Assembly: GCA_963713045.1 (NCBI GenBank) | Contig: CAVQKE010000003.1 | Span: 1,088,001-1,152,000 of the forward strand | Length of the DNA stretch: 64,000 bases | From: an uncultured delta proteobacterium | Lineage (GTDB): Bacteria > Myxococcota > Myxococcia > Myxococcales > Myxococcaceae | Direction of reading: 5' to 3' | Shown: in pieces, positions 58,749-64,000 of the stretch | Numbering within the stretch: position 1 is the stretch's first letter | How the letters are laid out: each line of letters begins with the position of its first letter | The notes under the pieces: generated by a model | Databases searched by the model: none | What the model saw: only the letters and a program-made list of their open reading frames with translations | Told to the model about the DNA's origin: nothing | Program-made: the position numbers and the translations under genes

Positions 58749-61232
58749 TTACTTCCCCTTCTTCTCGTGCTGCGCGTTGGTGTGGCCGCTTCCCCCAGAG
58801 GGGTGCGACGTGCCGGGCGGTGCGGCGTGACTCTGCCCGCCGGGCGGCGCGGGATGGCCTCCGGGCGGTCCGGCGTGGCTCTGCGCCCCGGGAGGTCCGG
58901 CGTGGCTCTGCGCCCCGGGAGGTCCGGCATGGCTCTGCGCCCCGGGAGGTCCGGCATGGCTTCCCGCCCCGGGAGGTCCGGCATGGCTTCCCGCCGGGCC
59001 GGCCGAGGTCTGCCCTCCCGGAGGGTGGCCCGCGGGCGGCCCGGCGTGGCTTTGGGCGGCGGGCGAAACCGGATGGCCGGACGCCGCGGTGGACGGCCCC
59101 GCATGGCCGGGGTTGCCTGAGGAAACAGCGTGCCCGGAGGCGCCAGCCGCATACCCATTGGCGTGGGTGAGGGAAGGGCTTCCCACGTGGCTGGGCGCCG
59201 ACGCGGACTTCCATCCCCCTTGGTTGTCATGCTGCTGCCAGCTTCCATTCGGGTTTTGGCGCAACACGTTCCCGCGCCGGTCGGCCACGACATTCATCGA
59301 GCGCGCCGCTGGGCTGGCCGGGTGGCCCATGTAAACCGGACGCATGGGAGGCCGCTGCACCATCGCATGCGCGAATCCGGGGCGGGCGTAGAGGCCACCG
59401 GCGGGGTGGGCCCAAGCGCCGTAGCCGGGATGGCCGGCGTAGCCGGCGTACCCGCGGTAATACGGGGTGCCTGGCCGGTAGTAGGCCGCCCGGTACCCTG
59501 GGCTGTACCAGCCTCCGCCATAGGCGTAGGGCGGCGGCCGGTAACCGCCGGGCCCGTACCAAGCCCCGCCATACAAAGGCCGCCAAGCGGGGCGGTAATA
59601 GGCGCCGCCCCAGGTCGCGCCGTAGTAGAGGAAGCCGGCGCTGACTCCGACGCCGTAGCTCCAACCGGTGTAAGGGTTGTACGCCACGCCGAAGCCCCAC
59701 GTCACCGGCCGCGGGTAGTAGACGGCGCCGGAAACCCAGGGCCGGTAGACGTAGCCCGTTCCGTACACCACCGTCCCTCCATAGGCGTAGCAGCCGAGGT
59801 AGCCGGGGGTGTACCCGGTGTAAACGACGGTGGGCGTCGCTTGGTACACGTACACGTACCGGACGTTGTAGACGGGGCTGGCCGGCGGAATGGTTTGCAC
59901 CTGTGGGGGAACTGCGGTTGCAACACTCCACGGCCCAGTTGGGCCGGGCGCCAGGTACCAGACACCGTTGACCACGGAGTAGTAGGTGCCATCAATCTGG
60001 AGGACCGAGCCCGGGCTGTTGACGGCGTAGGAGACGCCTGGTGCAGCGCCGGCGATGGGCTGGAAGTCCGGCTGCCCGTCATAGGTGGGTGGCGTCGGCG
60101 GCGGGGCGTCGCGCTTCACCTCGGCAGTCTGGGGAATCTCCGCGTCGGCGACGGCCTGCTTGGCTTCCGGCGTGCCGGAGACGAAGGCCAGGACATTCCC
60201 GGCGGGCGAGGCGGCTGGAATTTTCGCGAAGTCCGGCGGAAGTTTGTCGGACGGCACGTACCTCCAGGGGCCATTGAAGGCCGGCGCGGTGTACCAGCGA
60301 CCGGCGAGCACCACGAAGACACGCTGACTCGTCAAGTCGCGGAAGATGCTCTCGTCCGCGTTGGTCACCTGCAGCAGCTGTGTGTCGTTGACGGGCGCGA
60401 AATTCGGCGGCCCCTTGGTGACCACCAGTTCGGTTGGCTCGGTGGCCACCACCACCCGCGGGGGGGTGGCGTCTTTGGCCACCGGCTCGCTCTGGTCTTT
60501 CTTGTCCCCTTTGGCCACCACCGCGGCCACCTCCGGCGGAGGCACAGGGATGACGGTCCACGGGCCTTGGAGGACGTCGTAGGCCTGGTACCAGATGGCT
60601 CCGTTGGTCAGGTAGTAACTCTGGGCACGCGGGTCGTAGAAGAGGGGGAACGGCGTGTTGACGACGGCGTCGATGCCCGACTTTTCAATGGGCCGCCGGA
60701 TGGGCTGCCCATCCAACAGCACCAGGACGGTGGGCTCTGTCGCGAAGAGGATTTTCGGCGGGTCAAACTTGAGCTCCGGCGCTGTCGAGTGCTCCTCCTG
60801 CGTGTCGGCCAGCCCTTCGGTGAGGCGGTCCAGCGGGAAGGTGACGTTGGCCAGTTGCTGTTCGACCAGGCTGGCCAGGATGGCTTGGGTGTCCGAGGCC
60901 GAATCCGGAAGTTTAACCTCCGTCACTTTGGCGCTGGCCACTTGCACCAAGCGTTGTTCGCGGTCGGTGTTGACTTGTGCCGTAAACCACAGGGCGCCAA
61001 ATAAGGGCTCCGTCTTGCCGGTTGGCGTCAGGGAGAAGGCGGCGCGCGCATTCAGCGTCTGGCCTTGAAAGGTGTCGGGTTGCGGCTCATAGAGGACAAG
61101 CGCCCCGGCTTGCGAGTCGAGTTGCCTGGGCCAACCCGGGTCCGTCGCCTGGTCCTGCTGCGCGTTCGCCGCCCCTCCCCAGGCCAGTTGCGCGGCCAGG
61201 GCAAACCCAATCCAGCACGTCTTTGCAGCCAT
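58749..61232 (-). CDS. large exported protein of unknown function with Tyr/Gly/Trp-rich and low-complexity C-terminus
   Basis: Signal peptide, DPGWPR..LYEPQP, VLAGRWY..F.GPW, NGVWY...GPW, YTPGYLG..VVYGTGY and a His/Gly/Pro tail. Confidence 0.85.
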   Translation of the reverse strand: MAAKTCWIGFALAAQLAWGGAANAQQDQATDPGWPRQLDSQAGALVLYEPQPDTFQGQTLNARAAFSLTPTGKTEPLFGALWFTAQVNTDREQRLVQVASAKVTEVKLPDSASDTQAILASLVEQQLANVTFPLDRLTEGLADTQEEHSTAPELKFDPPKILFATEPTVLVLLDGQPIRRPIEKSGIDAVVNTPFPLFYDPRAQSYYLTNGAIWYQAYDVLQGPWTVIPVPPPEVAAVVAKGDKKDQSEPVAKDATPPRVVVATEPTELVVTKGPPNFAPVNDTQLLQVTNADESIFRDLTSQRVFVVLAGRWYTAPAFNGPWRYVPSDKLPPDFAKIPAASPAGNVLAFVSGTPEAKQAVADAEIPQTAEVKRDAPPPTPPTYDGQPDFQPIAGAAPGVSYAVNSPGSVLQIDGTYYSVVNGVWYLAPGPTGPWSVATAVPPQVQTIPPASPVYNVRYVYVYQATPTVVYTGYTPGYLGCYAYGGTVVYGTGYVYRPWVSGAVYYPRPVTWGFGVAYNPYTGWSYGVGVSAGFLYYGATWGGAYYRPAWRPLYGGAWYGPGGYRPPPYAYGGGWYSPGYRAAYYRPGTPYYRGYAGYAGHPGYGAWAHPAGGLYARPGFAHAMVQRPPMRPVYMGHPASPAARSMNVVADRRGNVLRQNPNGSWQQHDNQGGWKSASAPSHVGSPSLTHANGYAAGASGHAVSSGNPGHAGPSTAASGHPVSPAAQSHAGPPAGHPPGGQTSAGPAGSHAGPPGAGSHAGPPGAQSHAGPPGAQSHAGPPGAQSHAGPPGGHPAPPGGQSHAAPPGTSHPSGGSGHTNAQHEKKGK
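58861..58998. repeat. 27-nt coding tandem repeat, about 5 copies (SHAGPPGAQ/G)
   Basis: Unit CCGGGAGGTCCGGC(G/A)TGGCT(CTG/TCC)CGCC repeated head-to-tail with no spacers. Confidence 0.9.
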
Positions 61233-61307
61233 GTGGAACCTCATGGTCAACCGTACGGGGCCACCGCCCCGCTTATTCACCTGCCAACCTCGTCCGCCGG
61301 GGCAGGG

Positions 61308-62057
61308 CTAGAGGACGTCGCAAGGCGTCCCGAGTGGCTCGCCGACGTACACCCCCAACTCTGAATAGATGAGGCGCACGTTCTCCTCGAGGGGCAACAG
61401 GTGGAGCGGCGTGCGCACCTTCCCCTTCACCCAGACGCTCTCTTTCTTGTCCAGCACCAGCCGCAGCTCGCCTGAACGGGTGGTGAAAATGTCGCCCTCG
61501 GAATCGCTCACCACATTCGTCATGTGCAGGGGCTTGAGTTGAGCGCGCGGCCCGGCCCACAGACGAAAGTCCAACTGGCCGTCTTCGCGCGAGCGGTCGA
61601 CGTAGTAGTAGTTGCCAGTCTCGTCGCGCGCGAGGGCATAGGCCCGCCGTGTCCAGCGCGGTGGCCTGAAGGTGGCCGAGGCCAAGAGAGCCTGGGCCCG
61701 CTCCTCAGCCGTCGGTTGAAAGACGGTGGTCCGCTCCCCGCAGCCCAGTCGGTAGACGCCGTCCTTCAGCCAGAAGTCCGCGTGGCCATGCGGGACCCGC
61801 GGCTCCCAGAAAAACCTCTGGAAGGCGACCTCTCCATCGGTGCCGCCACCAAAAACGCGCTGCGCCCAGAAGGTTTTCCCATCGCCCCAGTAGAAGTGAC
61901 TCCACATGTCCCCGCCGAAGGGGATGAGCACCAGGTAGTGGCCCTTGGCGTCGTCGAAGACGCGCAGCTGCGCTTTGACAGCGCTGACGTCCAGCGGACT
62001 GTCGGCTGGCGCGGTGGCCGCGAGGAGGGAAAAAACGGCGAGGACGGCCGGGGACAT
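61308..62057 (-). CDS. hypothetical exported protein
   Basis: Signal-like N-terminus MSPAVLAVFSLLAATAPA, an aromatic-rich body (YYYVDR, NVVSDSEG) and C-terminal LGTPCD. Confidence 0.8.
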   Translation of the reverse strand: MSPAVLAVFSLLAATAPADSPLDVSAVKAQLRVFDDAKGHYLVLIPFGGDMWSHFYWGDGKTFWAQRVFGGGTDGEVAFQRFFWEPRVPHGHADFWLKDGVYRLGCGERTTVFQPTAEERAQALLASATFRPPRWTRRAYALARDETGNYYYVDRSREDGQLDFRLWAGPRAQLKPLHMTNVVSDSEGDIFTTRSGELRLVLDKKESVWVKGKVRTPLHLLPLEENVRLIYSELGVYVGEPLGTPCDVL

Positions 62058-62202
62058 CGCGAGGGCCAAGCAGCCTCCGTCGGGTGCGGCGGAAGGGAAG
62101 TATAGCCGACGGGCCTGCGGCACCTGCCCGGGGGGACACCGCCCGCCCAGCCCGCTGGGGCCTCCCGGGGCCAGCTGCCTGTTAAAGTCCGGTCTTCCGA
62201 AT

Positions 62203-63966
62203 ATGGGCACCCAGGACGCGCTTTCCATTGGTGGTGTCGTCGCCGACACGTACCGAGTGACTCACCTGCTGGGCCGCGGAGGGATGGGGGCCGTCTGGGC
62301 CGCCGAGCACCTCCGGCTTCCCGGCCGCCAGGTGGCAGTCAAGGTGCTGCTCGGCGCAGGCGTGACATCCGGCGAGGCCTTCGCGCGCTTCCGTCGGGAA
62401 GCGGAGATTGCGTCCCGGCTGGGGCACCCACACATCGTGCAAGTCCTCGACTTCCACACCCTGCCCACCGGCGAGCCGTACATCGTGCTCGAGCTGCTCC
62501 GTGGGGAAACTCTGGCGCAAAGGCTTCAGCGCGGCCCGCTGCAGCTGGACGAGGCGATGGCCATTGCTCGGCAGGTGGGCTCTGCGCTGCAGGCCGCGCA
62601 CCGGGCGGGCGTGGTGCACCGGGACCTCAAGCCGGACAACGTCTTCCTCTGCGCCCAACAGGACGAGATGCCGGGCCCCAACGTGAAGGTGCTGGACTTC
62701 GGCATTTCCAAAATCCGCGGCTCCCAGACGGTGGCCACCCAGGACGCTGTCCTGATTGGAACGCCGCAGTACATGGCGCCCGAGCAAGCCCTGGGGCGCA
62801 ACACGGCCATCGACGCCCGGACTGACGTCTTTGCCCTGGGCGCCATCGTGTACGAGATGCTGGGAGGAAGCCCCGCCTTCGGGGGCAATTCGCTGGCCGA
62901 AGTGGTGTACAAGGTGGTGCACGCTCAGCCCCAGCCGCTGGCGCAGCTGCGGACGGCCCTGCCTCTGAATGTGCTGTCGGCGGTGGACCGCGCGCTGCAG
63001 AAGGACCCCGCGCTGCGGCCGGCAGATGTGAATTCCTTCGTCGCCGAACTGACCGGACGGCCGCTGACGGTGCCAGCCTCCGGCCCCCAGACACAGCCCC
63101 TGGACGCGACGCTGGCCAGTCCCGCCCAGCCGATTCCCCTCTCCGACGCCGCCACCGACGCCACCTTCACCCCGGCCACCCCAGTGCCCGTGCCGCGACA
63201 GACGCAAGCCGTGACTGCCCCGGTGCCGATGCAGCCCTGGCCGACGCCGGCCGCCTCGCCGCCGCCCCTGCCCGCCTCGGCCTGGCCGGCCCCCTTTTCA
63301 AGCCAGGCTGTCCCCAAGGCAGTACTGGTGGGACCCGTGCAAGGGGGCCCCTTGGTGCCGACGCCCCCGCCTCGACGGCGCACCGGGCGACGGGTGCTGC
63401 TGGCCGTCGTCGTCCTGGCCGCCTTCCTGGGCGTCTTCCGGACGGTGAAGCACGCGGCCGTTCTGCACCAAGCCCGCCTGGCCGCGCAGACGTTGGCCGA
63501 ACAGACGGGCCAGGCGTTGCAGGACAGCGCCGCAGACGACAAGGACCTCCAACAGGGCCTTCAGGAAGTGAAGCAGGGCATTCGCCAGGCACTCAACGCC
63601 GGGGACGATGGGCTGGCCGCGGCCAAGGCCGCCATGGAGAAGGCGAAGGGGCTGAAGGCCGCTGCGGAGGCCAAGACGCAAGCGTCCACGGACAGCGCGC
63701 CCTCCGGCCTGCCGCCGGAGGTGAGCGAGCTGCTCTCGGAAGCCGAGGATGCGCTGTCTGACGACGACCCCAAGCTTGCCCTTCGGCTGGCAGAGCAAAG
63801 CTTCTTCAGCAAGAAGACGAGCGCCGGCTGGGCGGTGAAGGCCCGGGCCCATTGCCAACTGAAGGACTTGGGCAATGCCCGGGCGGCCCTGGCCAACGTC
63901 ACCGGGAGGGCGGCGCGCGCCGAAGTGCTGGCGGACTGCAAGGAGCACGGCGTCGACCTGCGCTAG
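62203..63966 (+). CDS. Hanks-type Ser/Thr protein kinase with TM segment and helical (TPR-like) C-terminus
   Basis: GRGGMG.V, VAVK, HRDLKPDN, DFGISK, GTPQYMAPEQ, a Pro-rich linker and a TM segment. Confidence 0.95.
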   Translation: MGTQDALSIGGVVADTYRVTHLLGRGGMGAVWAAEHLRLPGRQVAVKVLLGAGVTSGEAFARFRREAEIASRLGHPHIVQVLDFHTLPTGEPYIVLELLRGETLAQRLQRGPLQLDEAMAIARQVGSALQAAHRAGVVHRDLKPDNVFLCAQQDEMPGPNVKVLDFGISKIRGSQTVATQDAVLIGTPQYMAPEQALGRNTAIDARTDVFALGAIVYEMLGGSPAFGGNSLAEVVYKVVHAQPQPLAQLRTALPLNVLSAVDRALQKDPALRPADVNSFVAELTGRPLTVPASGPQTQPLDATLASPAQPIPLSDAATDATFTPATPVPVPRQTQAVTAPVPMQPWPTPAASPPPLPASAWPAPFSSQAVPKAVLVGPVQGGPLVPTPPPRRRTGRRVLLAVVVLAAFLGVFRTVKHAAVLHQARLAAQTLAEQTGQALQDSAADDKDLQQGLQEVKQGIRQALNAGDDGLAAAKAAMEKAKGLKAAAEAKTQASTDSAPSGLPPEVSELLSEAEDALSDDDPKLALRLAEQSFFSKKTSAGWAVKARAHCQLKDLGNARAALANVTGRAARAEVLADCKEHGVDLR

Positions 63967-64000
63967 GGTGGGCGCCCACCATGCGTTATCCGGCCCGTCT

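Noticed and set aside
58861..58998. 27-nt direct repeats as a CRISPR array or collagen-like repeat
   Set aside because: The units are contiguous with no spacers, are in frame within a CDS, and no cas genes are present. The peptide GPPGAQSHA breaks Gly-X-Y periodicity.
1..64000. Prophage, IS, integron, retron, tRNA or rRNA
   Set aside because: I saw no integrase, transposase, reverse transcriptase or phage genes, no T-loop/cloverleaf or rRNA signature, and no obvious compositional island.
63981..64000. Possible start of the next gene (ATG CGT TAT CCG...)
   Set aside because: Only 20 nt are visible, too little to support a call.

Overview
This is a very GC-rich (roughly 70% by eye), densely coding bacterial window. 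Hanks-type kinases, Cys-rich lipoproteins, a sigma54 motif and a KamA-cluster-type ATP-grasp/GNAT pair point to a myxobacterium (Myxococcota); this is an inference. It holds about 60 CDS, mostly housekeeping or accessory metabolism. These include mce, mutM, an Fe/Mn SOD, queG, a PduO-type adenosyltransferase, a tandem-domain ThyX, a cytochrome c-FTR1 iron permease, an RNB nuclease, ttcA, rnd, M32 and M20 peptidases, prfC, an ABC-2 exporter, patatin, methyltransferases, an alpha-carbonic anhydrase, Nfu and two Ser/Thr kinases. I found no rRNA, tRNA, CRISPR array, integrase or transposase. Two genes are frameshifted: a small lipoprotein and an IGHMBP2-like helicase. The best candidates for uncharacterised biology are: (1) an ATP-grasp ligase + GNAT + exported transglutaminase operon; (2) a multi-stem structured RNA candidate upstream of prfC, and a second terminator-ended sRNA candidate at about 8.4 kb; (3) a SAMHD1-like HD + Nudix-MBL nucleotide-handling pair; (4) a ThyX whose catalytic motif is split between two domains; (5) a putative sigma54/UAS-driven 53-aa protein; (6) a 52-aa zinc-finger microprotein missing from the ORF track; (7) a kinase followed by a tandem cNMP-binding protein. 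All calls come from reading motifs by eye, with no database searches. Start codons were picked manually and may be off.
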